Source of the DNA: Deinococcus sp.
GTDB lineage: Bacteria > Deinococcota > Deinococci > Deinococcales > Deinococcaceae
Direction of reading: 5' to 3'
Assembly (NCBI GenBank): GCA_965261005.1
Contig: OZ253375.1
Location: 1,792,001-1,856,000 of the forward strand
DNA: 64,000 bases
The translations under genes were made by a program, and so were the position numbers. The notes beneath the pieces were generated by a model. It was given only the letters and a program-made list of their open reading frames with translations, made no database searches and was not told the DNA's origin. Shown here piece by piece: positions 1 through 13,216 of the stretch. Position 1 is the stretch's first letter, and the number at the start of each line of letters is the position of its first letter.

Positions 1-315
1 GGGGCGCGCGTGACCTACCACGCTACCATTCTCGCCGGTAGCGTGGTCAGCGACGACGCGATGGTGGCGACCGGCGCCTTGGTGCGCGGCGGGGTGCCGC
101 CGCACGGCATCGCGATGGGCGTGCCCGCCCGCGTGACGCGCTACAAGGACCGTCCCGAGTGGGGGCCGCACGAGGTGGACAGCCGCAAGGTCGCCGGCGA
201 GCCGCGCAAGGGCAACCCCGACTTTCCGGACCCCACCCCCGCGCAGACGCGCTTGCCGGGGGACCGTGAGGGCGCCGAGGCGCCCCGCCCGTCCCAGCTA
301 CTGGCCGAGCGCTGA
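1..315 (+). CDS. hexapeptide-repeat (LbH) acyltransferase, C-terminal part (5' truncated)
   Basis: Frame is open from base 1. ARVTYHATILAGSVVSDDAMVATGALV...IAMGVPAR is a typical LbH acetyltransferase C-terminus. Confidence 0.8.
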   Translation, partial: GARVTYHATILAGSVVSDDAMVATGALVRGGVPPHGIAMGVPARVTRYKDRPEWGPHEVDSRKVAGEPRKGNPDFPDPTPAQTRLPGDREGAEAPRPSQLLAER

Positions 316-318
316 CGC

Positions 319-448
319 TCATACGGGATTGCTTTGATTCCAATCTATGCTGGAAAAGCGCCAACATAGATTTCCATCGTCGCCATCCCGTACTCTCTTC
401 TACTCGCTCCGCTTGGATTCGTCTTCGACTCATCTTAAGTTCGTATCA
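319..448. repeat. SNR/MITE-like small Deinococcus repeat
   Basis: Starts TCATACGG, ends CGTATCA, with an internal hairpin AATCTATG..CATAGATT. Lies between convergent genes. Its last TCA is the stop of the DUF421 gene. Confidence 0.7.
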
Positions 449-1165
449 CTTCTCGTCTTGCAGCGGGTCCTTGACGGCCGGCGTCGCGTGGCGGTCGCCG
501 CAGCGCGGGCAGGCTTGCCCGGAGAGTTGCGCGGCGCGCACCTGGCCACAGTTGGTGCAGGCGATAGGGTCGTCGTCCCGCGCGCTTTCCGGTACCTCGT
601 CCGGGGCGCGCAAGTCCCACGGCGGCACGATGGACAGCCCGGGGCGCACCTTTCCCCGCTCATATTGAAACACACTGAGCTGGCCGCCCTGCTCGACAAA
701 AGCGTACTGCACCTCGCCGAGCTGGCTGACCCCGGCCACCCGCAGACGTTCGAACAGCTCCTCGGCCGAGAGGTTGATCTGTTTGAGGCCGTCCAGCTCC
801 AAGCGCCCCCCGCGCGCCAGGCAAACCGGGTGGCCCTCCATAAAGGTCTCGGCGCGCTCATTGCGGCTGATCAGCTGCGCCAGGCCCCACTGCATGCCCA
901 CGATCAGCGCGATCACCAGCATGCCGTAAAGCAGCGGCACCTCCGGGTAAAACAGCGGGTCGCCCGCCGCCGACCCGAGGGCGATCACGATGCCGAACTC
1001 CACCACCGACAGCTGTGAGAGGCCGCGCCGCCCCACCACCCGCAGCAGCAGCAGCAGCCACAGGTACATCACGACCGTGCGAAAGACGACCTCCAGCAAA
1101 AACAGCGGCGGCGCGTCGCCCAGCCACAAGCGGTGCCAATCGAAGGGCACGATGTCGGTGTTCAC
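446..1165 (-). CDS. DUF421 (YetF-like) membrane protein
   Basis: GRRGLSQLSVVEFGIVIALGS; EELFERLRVAGV; EQGGQLSV; C-terminal CxxC..CxxC. Confidence 0.85.
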   Translation of the reverse strand: MNTDIVPFDWHRLWLGDAPPLFLLEVVFRTVVMYLWLLLLLRVVGRRGLSQLSVVEFGIVIALGSAAGDPLFYPEVPLLYGMLVIALIVGMQWGLAQLISRNERAETFMEGHPVCLARGGRLELDGLKQINLSAEELFERLRVAGVSQLGEVQYAFVEQGGQLSVFQYERGKVRPGLSIVPPWDLRAPDEVPESARDDDPIACTNCGQVRAAQLSGQACPRCGDRHATPAVKDPLQDEK

Positions 1166-1174
1166 GGGGTCAGC

Positions 1175-1378
1175 TTAAGGGCTGTCACCCTGGGCCAGGT
1201 CCGCCTCGGTCAGCCCCAGGCCGGCCAGCACCCGCTCGCGCGGCCAGCTGGTCAGGGCGACCAGCTCGGCCAGCGCCGCCCCAAACCCGGCCGCCTCAGC
1301 GTCGGGACTGTCCGGCCCGGCGGCCCTGAGCCGCGCCCATAGGGCGTTGCGCCGGCGCAATTGGGCGGGGGTCAACAT
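1175..1378 (-). CDS. small hypothetical protein (67 aa)
   Basis: MLTPAQLRRRNALWARLR... with genome-like codon usage. Start placed at the ATG at 1378. Confidence 0.6.
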   Translation of the reverse strand: MLTPAQLRRRNALWARLRAAGPDSPDAEAAGFGAALAELVALTSWPRERVLAGLGLTEADLAQGDSP

Positions 1379-1472
1379 CTGTCCGGCCGGGCAGCCGAAG
1401 ACAGCGCCGCGCAATGTCGAAAATGCCGAACTTCCCAAGCGCAGTTCATCCGGGCACACTACAATAAACGCC

Positions 1473-2522
1473 GTGCCGCTCCGACTCGCCCGCTACGTTT
1501 TTTTCGAGGTGTTGCCCCTCTACGCGGCGGGGTTTCTGGTCTTTCTGGCCTTGGTCACCACCGACCTGATCACGTCGGTGGTGGGCGCGCTGCTGCGCTA
1601 CCACGCGCCCTTTTGGCTGGGAGTGCAGCTGTACCTGGCGCGGCTCCCCTTTTTGCTCGGCGAGGTGCTGCCGCTGGCGGTGCCCTTCGCGGTGCTGATC
1701 GCCTTCGGGCGGCTCGCCAAGGACAGCGAACTCAAGGCCCTCTACGCCTCGGGCGTGCGCCCACTGAGCGCCTTGTGGCCGCTGGCGCTGCTGGGGCTGG
1801 GGGTCAGCCTGCTGGCCTTTTACAACGCCAACGTCCTGACCCCCAGCGGCAACGTCCGCTTCAACGACGTGTGGTATCAGGTGTACCGCCTGCCACCCCC
1901 GACCCCGCAGCAGGACCGCTACGTCAGCCGCGCCAAGGACACGCTGTTTTACGCGGGCAGCGTGCGGCCCGTCAGCGGCGACCCCACGCGCGCCAACCTG
2001 AGCGGGGTGCTGGTGCAGCGCCCCGAGGTCAGCTACAGCGCCCAAAGCGGGTTGTGGAACGCCAAGCAGAAGCAGTGGGAATTCAGCGGCTACTGGGAGG
2101 TCCGGCCGGGTCAGGCGCCGCGCTTTCACCCGGAAAGTCTGAACGTGGTGCAGCCCGACCGCTTGCGCGCGCCCAATCCGCCGCCGGAGCAATTGACGCT
2201 GGCGAAGCTGCGCGTTCAGGCGCAGGACGCCAGCCTCGACGTGCGCGAGCGGCGCGCGGCGCGCTTCGAGTGGCAGCGCCGCTTCGCCGATCCCCTCACG
2301 GCGCTGGGCTTTGCGGTCGCCGCCGGCGCGCTGGGCCTGACCCTGCGCAGCCGCCCTTGGGCCTTTGCGTCGGTGCTGCTGATGACCTTCGGCTTTTACG
2401 TGGTCTGGACCGCCACCAAGGAGATCGCGCAGCTCGGCGCCATGCCGACCCTGCTGGCGGCCTGGCTGCCCAATTTGCTGCTGCTGCTCTTCGCCGGCGC
2501 GCTGGCCTGGAGACTGAGATGA
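1473..2522 (+). CDS. LptF/LptG family permease
   Basis: LARYVFFE; RLAKDSELKALYASGV; RRFADPL; LAAWLPN. TACAAT -10 lies 7 nt before the GTG. Confidence 0.9.
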   Translation: MPLRLARYVFFEVLPLYAAGFLVFLALVTTDLITSVVGALLRYHAPFWLGVQLYLARLPFLLGEVLPLAVPFAVLIAFGRLAKDSELKALYASGVRPLSALWPLALLGLGVSLLAFYNANVLTPSGNVRFNDVWYQVYRLPPPTPQQDRYVSRAKDTLFYAGSVRPVSGDPTRANLSGVLVQRPEVSYSAQSGLWNAKQKQWEFSGYWEVRPGQAPRFHPESLNVVQPDRLRAPNPPPEQLTLAKLRVQAQDASLDVRERRAARFEWQRRFADPLTALGFAVAAGALGLTLRSRPWAFASVLLMTFGFYVVWTATKEIAQLGAMPTLLAAWLPNLLLLLFAGALAWRLR

Positions 2523-2553
2523 TCCTGGAAACTGCGCTGATGGGAAGGCGGCC

Positions 2554-4842
2554 ATGACCGTGCAACAGTCCCAGACGGTGGCCGGGCACCGGCAGCCCAC
2601 CGCGAAGGGGCGCCCCGCCCTGACGCTGGTCACCCGCTACGTGCTGTCGGAGATCATTCCGCTGCTGATCGCCGGCCTCACGGCGGTGGTGCTGCTGTTT
2701 TTGCTGGCGGCCATCTTCGCGGTGCTGGCGCCGCTGCTCGCCAAGGGGGCGTCGCCCCTGTTGGTCGCCAAGCTGGCGGCCTACGCCATTCCCGACGGGA
2801 TGTCGCGCGGCCTGCCCATCGCGCTCCTCTTCGCGGTGCTGTTGGCGATGTCGCGCCTGGTCAGCGACGCCGAGGTCAAGAGCTTACTGGCCGCCGGTTT
2901 GTCGCCGCTGCGCCTGCTGTGGCCGGCGCTGGGCCTCTCGGTGGCCGTAGCCGCCATCAGCTTTCTGAACGCCGAGACGCTGGTGCCGGGGGCCGTGCAG
3001 CGCTCGCTCAGCACCGGGCGCGAAATTCTGCTGGACAACCCGCGCGTGCTGGGCTTGGGGGAGGCCGGCACCATTTTGCGCGACGCCTTTGGCCGGGCCA
3101 TCACGGTGGACACGGTGGAAACCGGCGGGCGCTTCACGGGGGTGCGCATCGTGCAGACGCAGGACGGCGGCCCGGCGCGCGAGGTGATCACCGCGCGCCG
3201 CGGGCAGCTGCTGCCTGGCAGCGCGGTGCTGCGCCTCACGGACGGTCAGCGCGTGACCTTTCAGGGCGCCCGCCCCGTCACGGTGGCCACCTTTCCGAGC
3301 GCTGACCTGCCGGTACAGGACTTACAGGCCAACTTGGATGGTGACGCCGGCGGCGTGCAGCCGGTCAACTTGCCGCTGCGCCAATTGCTGTCCAAGCTGA
3401 GCGCCCTGCGCGCGACCGGGGCGGACGCGGGCGCCGAGCTGACCGCCCTGAACCGCAAGTTCGCCGAGCCGCTGGCCGCCCTCGCCTTTGCCTTTTTCGG
3501 GGTGGCGCTGGCCCTCAACACCTTTCGCTCGGGCGCGAGCCTGGGCTTGGTGTGGGTGCTGCTGCTGACCTTCGCGTACTACGCCACCTGGAGCGTCTTT
3601 CGGGTGATGGGCGAGCAGGGCGCGCTGCCGCCGGTGCTGGCCGCGTGGGCGCCGAACACGCTGTACCTGGTGGCCGGCGCCGTGCTGCTGGTGCCCGAGT
3701 GGCCCCGGCCGCTCCGGCTGTGGGCGCCCGTGCGGCGCCGGCTTGGCCGCAGGGCGCCCGAGCCGGAACAGCTCGGCGCGCAGCTCGACGGGCGCAGCGA
3801 CCAGGTGATCGAGGCGTACTACCGCTACCGCCGCTTGGCCGGGGAGCATGTCCAGCAGCTCGGCCGCCTGACCGACCAGTTGCGCTACCTACGCCGCCAA
3901 GATCCCATGACGCCGGAGCAGCGCGCCGAGTACCACACCACGCTCGTCCAAGCCGAGGGACTGGTGGACGCGGCCAGGGCGGAGTTCGAGGCGGCCCGCG
4001 ACCTCGTCAACTCCTTTGACGTCGCGGCGCTGGACCAGTTGTTGGGCATGTTCGACGCGCAGAATCAGAGTCAGGTGCAGGATCAGGCGCCCGAGCCGTC
4101 CACGACCGACGCCGTTGCCGACCATGCTGCTGCCGACCATGCCGCAAGCGGCGGGTCGCAAACGCTTATCCTAAAAGCGGGAGACACCATGCAGGACAAG
4201 GCAGCCACAACCGGGCCGGCCGTGACGGACCCGGTTCCCACCGACACGGCAATTCCCGCCCCTCCAAGCGACGCGGTTGAGGATTCGCAAACCCTCACCC
4301 TCGACGGCGCCGCGCTGGACCAGTTGCTGGGCATTTTCGACGCGGGAGGCACCATGCACAACGAACCAGTCGCCAGCGAGCCGGCAGTCACCCCCTCAGC
4401 GACCCCCATGCCAGCCCCTCTCAAGCTAGCCCCCATCAAGCCAGCCCCTAACGCCCCAATCCCTACCACGCCAATTCCCGTCACGCCAGCCGCCGCCGCA
4501 CCAAGCGAGGACCCGCAGATGAGCGCCATGCTGTCCATCACCCTGCGGGCGCTGGCCGCCCACGGCGGCGCCCAGTTGGCTCTCCTGCGCGGGGACGCCA
4601 TGAGCTGGGGAAACCTGGACGAGGACAGCGTGCAGATCGCGCTGGCGCTGATGCAGACGGCCGGACGCCTCAACCAAGACAAGCCGCGCTTGGTGAGCGT
4701 TGAACTCGAAGAGGACGGCGTGCTGCTGATGTTGCCCACCGGTGGGGGCGCGGCGCTGGTCGCACGCCTGAGCAACAGCGACGGCGACAGCTTGCAGCGC
4801 TGGCGCGAGCAACTGCTGGAGTGGCGCAACCTGCTGTCCTGA
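2554..4842 (+). CDS. LptF/LptG family permease with long C-terminal extension
   Basis: RYVLSE; RLVSDAEVKSLLAAGLS; RKFAEPL; LAAWAPN, followed by ~380 extra residues. Confidence 0.85.
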   Translation: MTVQQSQTVAGHRQPTAKGRPALTLVTRYVLSEIIPLLIAGLTAVVLLFLLAAIFAVLAPLLAKGASPLLVAKLAAYAIPDGMSRGLPIALLFAVLLAMSRLVSDAEVKSLLAAGLSPLRLLWPALGLSVAVAAISFLNAETLVPGAVQRSLSTGREILLDNPRVLGLGEAGTILRDAFGRAITVDTVETGGRFTGVRIVQTQDGGPAREVITARRGQLLPGSAVLRLTDGQRVTFQGARPVTVATFPSADLPVQDLQANLDGDAGGVQPVNLPLRQLLSKLSALRATGADAGAELTALNRKFAEPLAALAFAFFGVALALNTFRSGASLGLVWVLLLTFAYYATWSVFRVMGEQGALPPVLAAWAPNTLYLVAGAVLLVPEWPRPLRLWAPVRRRLGRRAPEPEQLGAQLDGRSDQVIEAYYRYRRLAGEHVQQLGRLTDQLRYLRRQDPMTPEQRAEYHTTLVQAEGLVDAARAEFEAARDLVNSFDVAALDQLLGMFDAQNQSQVQDQAPEPSTTDAVADHAAADHAASGGSQTLILKAGDTMQDKAATTGPAVTDPVPTDTAIPAPPSDAVEDSQTLTLDGAALDQLLGIFDAGGTMHNEPVASEPAVTPSATPMPAPLKLAPIKPAPNAPIPTTPIPVTPAAAAPSEDPQMSAMLSITLRALAAHGGAQLALLRGDAMSWGNLDEDSVQIALALMQTAGRLNQDKPRLVSVELEEDGVLLMLPTGGGAALVARLSNSDGDSLQRWREQLLEWRNLLS

Positions 4843-4962
4843 ACAAGCCGTATTGAACGTGCTGGGAAGGTGAAGGGCGGGCCATTTGAAAAGCCTTTTG
4901 CGTAGCTGAAAGCTGGATTAACTCTCAGTCAAGCTGCCCCGAACGTTCGTACACTTGCGCTG

Positions 4963-5202
4963 ATGGAACGCTTTCCCCTGGACATCGTCACGCTGCGCCT
5001 GTGCCACTGCCGCGCCCAGACGGCCGTGAGCGAAGGTGCGCTGCACATCGCCGTGCAGCATTACCGCGCGTGCCTGGAGGTCGCCGAGCGGCGCGAGGAC
5101 GCGCAGGCCATGCAGTTCTTTGCCCTCAAGCTGGGCGAGTGCTACGAGCGCATGGGGCTGCGCGACAAGGCTGTGGGCTTCAGGGCGATGGCGCGGGCCT
5201 GA
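4963..5202 (+). CDS. small helical (TPR-like) hypothetical protein
   Basis: AVQHYRACLEVA..KLGECYERMG..KA. TACACT -10 lies 7 nt upstream. Confidence 0.7.
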   Translation: MERFPLDIVTLRLCHCRAQTAVSEGALHIAVQHYRACLEVAERREDAQAMQFFALKLGECYERMGLRDKAVGFRAMARA

Positions 5203-5219
5203 CGCTCTAAGCTGAGGGC

Positions 5220-7328
5220 ATGTCCACCGCCACACCCAGCGACCCTGATCAGCCCGGCGATCAACCCAGTAACTTTGGCAAGCCCAGCTACCCCGCCGCC
5301 CGCCGCAGCGACCACGCCGACGAGTACCACGGCGTGGCCGTTCCCGACCCGTACCGCTGGCTGGAGAACGCGCACGGCGACGAGGCCGGCGCCTGGATTC
5401 GGGCGCAAAACGAGCTGACCCGGCGCCTGCTGGACGGGGTGCCCGGGCGGGACGCCTACGCGCGCCGCCTGACGCACTTGTGGGACTTTCCCAAGGCGGG
5501 CGTGCCGTGGAAGCGCGGCGGCCAGTATTTCCGTTTTGGCAACAGCGGCCTGCAAAATCAGGACGTGCTGTACGTCGCGGGGCAATTGGACGGCCCGTGG
5601 CGCGAGCTGCTCGATCCCAACCTGCTCAGCGACGACGGCACGGCGGCGCTGAATCAGGTGAGCGTGAGCCGCGACGGACGTTCCCTCGCCTACGCCGTGA
5701 GCGTGGGCGGCTCGGACTGGCAGACGTGGCGCGTGCGCGACGTGGCGAGTGGGGAGGACCTGCCGGAGACGCTCGCTTGGAGCAAGTTCAGCGGCGCCAC
5801 GTGGGCGCCCGACTCGGGCGGCTTTTACTACGGGCGCTACCCGGCGCCGGAAGGGGACGCCCTCACGAGCGCCAACTTCGGGCAGCAGCTCTATTTTCAC
5901 CGCGCCCACACCGACCAGGCGCACGACGAGTTGGTGTACGAACGGCCCGACCAGCCCGAGTGGGGCTTTCACGCGCAGGTCTCGCACGACGGGCGCTTTT
6001 TGATCTTGGGGGTGTGGCAAGGGACCGACCGCCGCAACCTGCTGTTTTACCAGGACCTGCGCGGGGATGGCGAGTTCGTGGAACTCGTGTCCGAGTTCGA
6101 AGCCGGCTACAGCTTCGTCGGCAACGACGGCGACACCTTCTATCTCCACACCGACGACGGGGCGCCCAGGGGCAAGCTGATCGGCTGGGACGTGAGAACT
6201 GGCGAGCGCCGGGACCTGATTCCCGAGGGGCCGGACAAGCTCGAAGACGTGCAACTCGTCCTGGGCGGCTTTTTGGCGCTCACGCTGCGCGACGCCAGCC
6301 ACCGCCTGCACCGCCACGCGCGCGGCGGCGCCCGGCTGAGCGAGGTCGAGTTGCCCAGCCTGGGCAGCGTGAGCGCCCTCAATACCCGCGAGGACGATCC
6401 CGAGGTCTTCTTCGGCTTCACCTCCTTTCTGTTTCCCACGACCGCTTACCGTCTCGACCTCGCCACCGGGGAGACGCGCGCCCTGGAAACGCCGCAGCTC
6501 GACTTCGACCCGGGCTTGTACGAAACGCGGCAAGTCTTCGTCACCAGCCAGGACGGCACGCGCGTGCCCATGTTCGTTACTCACAAACAGGGCCTGGCCC
6601 TCACCGGCGGCGCGCCCACGCTGCTGTACGGCTACGGCGGCTTCAACATCAGCCTGACGCCCAGCTTCAGCGTGGCGCGCTTGCCGTGGCTGGAGCTGGG
6701 CGGCGTCCTCGCGGTGGCGAACTTGCGCGGCGGCGGCGAGTACGGCGAGGCGTGGCACGCGGCCGGCACGCTGGAGCGCAAGCAGAACGTCTTCGACGAC
6801 TTTTTCGCCTGTGCGGAGTTCTTGACCCGGGCGGGTTACACCCGCCCCGACAAGCTCGCCATCGAGGGCCGCAGCAACGGCGGCCTGTTGGTGGGCGCCG
6901 CCCTGACCCAGCGGCCGGACTTGTTCGGCGCGGCGCTGCCGGGCGTGGGCGTCCTCGACATGCTGCGCTTTCAGCGCTTCACCATCGGCTGGGCCTGGGT
7001 GCCCGACTACGGCTCCAGCGACGACCCCGCGCAGTTCGGAACGCTGCTGGCCTACTCGCCGCTGCACAACCTGAAAGAGGGCGCGCGCTATCCCGCCACC
7101 CTGATCACTACCGGGGACCACGACGACCGGGTGGTGCCCGCCCACTCCTTTAAGTTCGCGGCGGCCCTACAACACGCCCAAGGGGGAGACGCGCCGGTGC
7201 TGCTCCGGGTGCAGACCCGCGCCGGCCACGGCGCCGGCAAACCCGTGACGCTCCAAATCGAGGAGCAGGCGGACATCCACGCCTTTTTGGTGAGGGCGCT
7301 GAAGTTGGACAGTTCTACAAGTCTTTGA
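5220..7328 (+). CDS. prolyl oligopeptidase (S9A)
   Basis: DPYRWLE; YGYGGF; NLRGGGEYG; GRSNGG (Ser); DDRVVPAHS (Asp); AGHGAG (His). Confidence 0.97.
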   Translation: MSTATPSDPDQPGDQPSNFGKPSYPAARRSDHADEYHGVAVPDPYRWLENAHGDEAGAWIRAQNELTRRLLDGVPGRDAYARRLTHLWDFPKAGVPWKRGGQYFRFGNSGLQNQDVLYVAGQLDGPWRELLDPNLLSDDGTAALNQVSVSRDGRSLAYAVSVGGSDWQTWRVRDVASGEDLPETLAWSKFSGATWAPDSGGFYYGRYPAPEGDALTSANFGQQLYFHRAHTDQAHDELVYERPDQPEWGFHAQVSHDGRFLILGVWQGTDRRNLLFYQDLRGDGEFVELVSEFEAGYSFVGNDGDTFYLHTDDGAPRGKLIGWDVRTGERRDLIPEGPDKLEDVQLVLGGFLALTLRDASHRLHRHARGGARLSEVELPSLGSVSALNTREDDPEVFFGFTSFLFPTTAYRLDLATGETRALETPQLDFDPGLYETRQVFVTSQDGTRVPMFVTHKQGLALTGGAPTLLYGYGGFNISLTPSFSVARLPWLELGGVLAVANLRGGGEYGEAWHAAGTLERKQNVFDDFFACAEFLTRAGYTRPDKLAIEGRSNGGLLVGAALTQRPDLFGAALPGVGVLDMLRFQRFTIGWAWVPDYGSSDDPAQFGTLLAYSPLHNLKEGARYPATLITTGDHDDRVVPAHSFKFAAALQHAQGGDAPVLLRVQTRAGHGAGKPVTLQIEEQADIHAFLVRALKLDSSTSL

Positions 7329-7950
7329 CCATCACCACGTGAACCGTCTCACGGCCCAGCCAGGGCGTCCACAGCGGCAGTTGCTCCTCGGCGTACACGC
7401 TGAAGCCCGCGCGCCCATACAGCCCCAGCGCGGCCTCATTCTCGCGGGTGGTCGAGAGCTGCACCCCCGGCACGCCCCGCGCCCGCAGCGCGTTCAGGTA
7501 GGCCGTCAGCAGCGCGGACCCCAGGCCCAGGCCGCGCGTCCCCGGCAGCAAGTTGATGTGCAGGTGGGCCGGGTAGCGGTCAAAGGGCGCGTGCTGGCCG
7601 GGAAAGCGCGCGAAGCGCAGCAGGTAGGGCAGCCCGCCGAAGGGCCGCCGGTAGCGTCCCAGCAATACCCCTGGCACGATCCGCCCGGCGATCACGCGCG
7701 TCAGAGCGCGCCCGTACTCCCCTTGGCTGGGCAAGCCGAGAATGTAGCCGACCACCTCTCCCCCGCGCTCGGCCACGAAGCCCAGCCTGCCCCCAGACTC
7801 GAAGTACGGCCCGGTCCAGATGTCGGCGAACAGTTGGGGGTCGGGAAAGTAGCGCGCCGCGCTGCTCCCGAAAAAGCCGGTCAGGTAGGCGACGCGCCCG
7901 ACCTGCGCCGCGTCTCCCGCCCTCAGGGCGCGCAGCGTGACCTCGCTCAC
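7315..7950 (-). CDS. GNAT family N-acetyltransferase
   Basis: YPAHLHINLLPGTRGLGLGSALL; ENEAALGLYGRAGF. Confidence 0.9.
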   Translation of the reverse strand: MSEVTLRALRAGDAAQVGRVAYLTGFFGSSAARYFPDPQLFADIWTGPYFESGGRLGFVAERGGEVVGYILGLPSQGEYGRALTRVIAGRIVPGVLLGRYRRPFGGLPYLLRFARFPGQHAPFDRYPAHLHINLLPGTRGLGLGSALLTAYLNALRARGVPGVQLSTTRENEAALGLYGRAGFSVYAEEQLPLWTPWLGRETVHVVMVKDL

Positions 7951-8822
7951 GCGGTTATCACGGTTTCGGCGGGCTGCGCCTGTTCTACGGCGGCCTCACC
8001 CAAAAACAGCTCGTTGCGCCGCAAAAAGGCCCACAGGGTCCAGCCCATCAGCCACACCGACACCTGGCTGGCGTAGGCGCGGATGGCCGCCGCCTTGCGC
8101 CTGCGCGCCGAGCCGCCGAGGGCGAAGCTGAGCCAAGCCGCGTCGCCGTACTCGCCCGGGGGCGGCAGCGTAAGGTCGGGGCGGTACCCCTTGGGCCAGG
8201 GCCAGCGCAAGTCGCTTTGCACGATGTAATACAGCGAACGTATGTTCAATGGCGCCGCAACCTCGCGCACAAGTTGCGTCACGGCGCGGTGGTCGGCGTG
8301 GTTGTCAAGGGGTCCCGGCGCCAGCACGGCGGCGGGCCGCACCGCGCGCAGAATCTCGCGCAGCTCGCGCGCCAACTCGTTTCCCGTGTAGGGAAAGCCG
8401 GGCGCGTAGGCGCTTCGGTAGGGCACCGCGTCCGCGCCGGTGTCGGGGCTGCGGTACAGGGATTCCCTGTTTTCCACGAGCGCGCTCAGGCCCCGGTCGG
8501 GAAAGCCCAGGAACAGCGCCCGCTCCGCTGGCACGCCCAGCCGCGCGCAGGCCTCGCGCGCCTCCGCCATGCGCAGCCGTCCCAAGTCGAGCTGCGCCCG
8601 TCCCCCCTGCCACAAGCGGCGCCAAGCGAAGCGAGGGTTCCAGGGAAAGGCGTCCCCGACCGTCACGAACACCACCCACACCGCCTGCCCCTCGCGTGCG
8701 GCGGCGCTCAGCAAACCGCCGGCGCCCAGCGTCTCGTCGTCGGGGTGGGGGGCGATCAGCAGCAACGGGCCGCCGAGGGGAATTGGGGTGGTGGGGGCGG
8801 TCAGGGGGTGGAGATGGGGCAT
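7947..8822 (-). CDS. PIG-L family deacetylase
   Basis: APHPDDE; FLGFPD; DNHADH; AYASQ. Confidence 0.9.
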   Translation of the reverse strand: MPHLHPLTAPTTPIPLGGPLLLIAPHPDDETLGAGGLLSAAAREGQAVWVVFVTVGDAFPWNPRFAWRRLWQGGRAQLDLGRLRMAEAREACARLGVPAERALFLGFPDRGLSALVENRESLYRSPDTGADAVPYRSAYAPGFPYTGNELARELREILRAVRPAAVLAPGPLDNHADHRAVTQLVREVAAPLNIRSLYYIVQSDLRWPWPKGYRPDLTLPPPGEYGDAAWLSFALGGSARRRKAAAIRAYASQVSVWLMGWTLWAFLRRNELFLGEAAVEQAQPAETVITA

Positions 8823-8885
8823 CGAACCGGCTCATTGTGGCAGAAGTTGGGGCGGTTCAGGTTGTTGGTACGCTCATTCGTTTTG

Positions 8886-9334
8886 CCCCCACCCCCCCGG
8901 CCCCCCTACCCCCAAAGGGGGCAGGGGGGAGCGACGCTGCGCTGGGCCATGGCACGTTGGGCCGCGTCGGTAAGGCGGTGTCGTCCGGCTTGGTCCGTGC
9001 GAGGGAAGATGTCAAACTACTTTCTCGGCCGCGATCACGGCCCGTGGAGGGCGCTGTTGGGCGCCGGTGGGACGGATAGAAAAGGCAAACAAACTTGTAT
9101 CTTTGCTCCCCTCCCCACCTGAGGGGGAGGGGCCGGGGGGGGGGAAACGGCCATCTCCCCTTTTCCCTATTACCGGCTCACCGCCTTTGCACCAAGAAGT
9201 TTCTATGGGGGCGGCAGTGACCCGATAACGAATCCAGCGACATCTAGCACGCCAACGCTCCAGCCGCCCAACGTGCCGAGCGCAGCGAAAAGCCCCCCTA
9301 CCCCGGCGGGGGTAGGGGGGTTGGGGGGTGGGGG
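8886..9334. repeat. composite REP/REPIN-like element with ~75-bp imperfect terminal inverted repeats
   Basis: 8886-8965 matches the reverse complement of 9263-9334. A third related C/G palindrome is at 9105-9144. Confidence 0.75.
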
Positions 9335-9353
9335 ACCCGCCCAGAAGCTAGAC

Positions 9354-11819
<2,466 letters not shown>

Positions 11820-11999
11820 TTAAGCTCCAAGCCCTTCCGGGGGCAGAGGGTGTGAGGAAAGAAGGTCGCCCAACTCGGGGCGGGAAAGCGGCGTGTTCAA
11901 AAAACTCCTTCTAGAGCGGGAGAATGTCAAAGAATAGCCCCGCCAACATGTCCCAATTGTAAGGACTGGCGGGGCCGCGAAGCTGTAATTTAAGTTGCC

Positions 12000-13193
<1,194 letters not shown>

Positions 13194-13216
13194 GGGGAAC
13201 CTCCTGCACTTGCACT

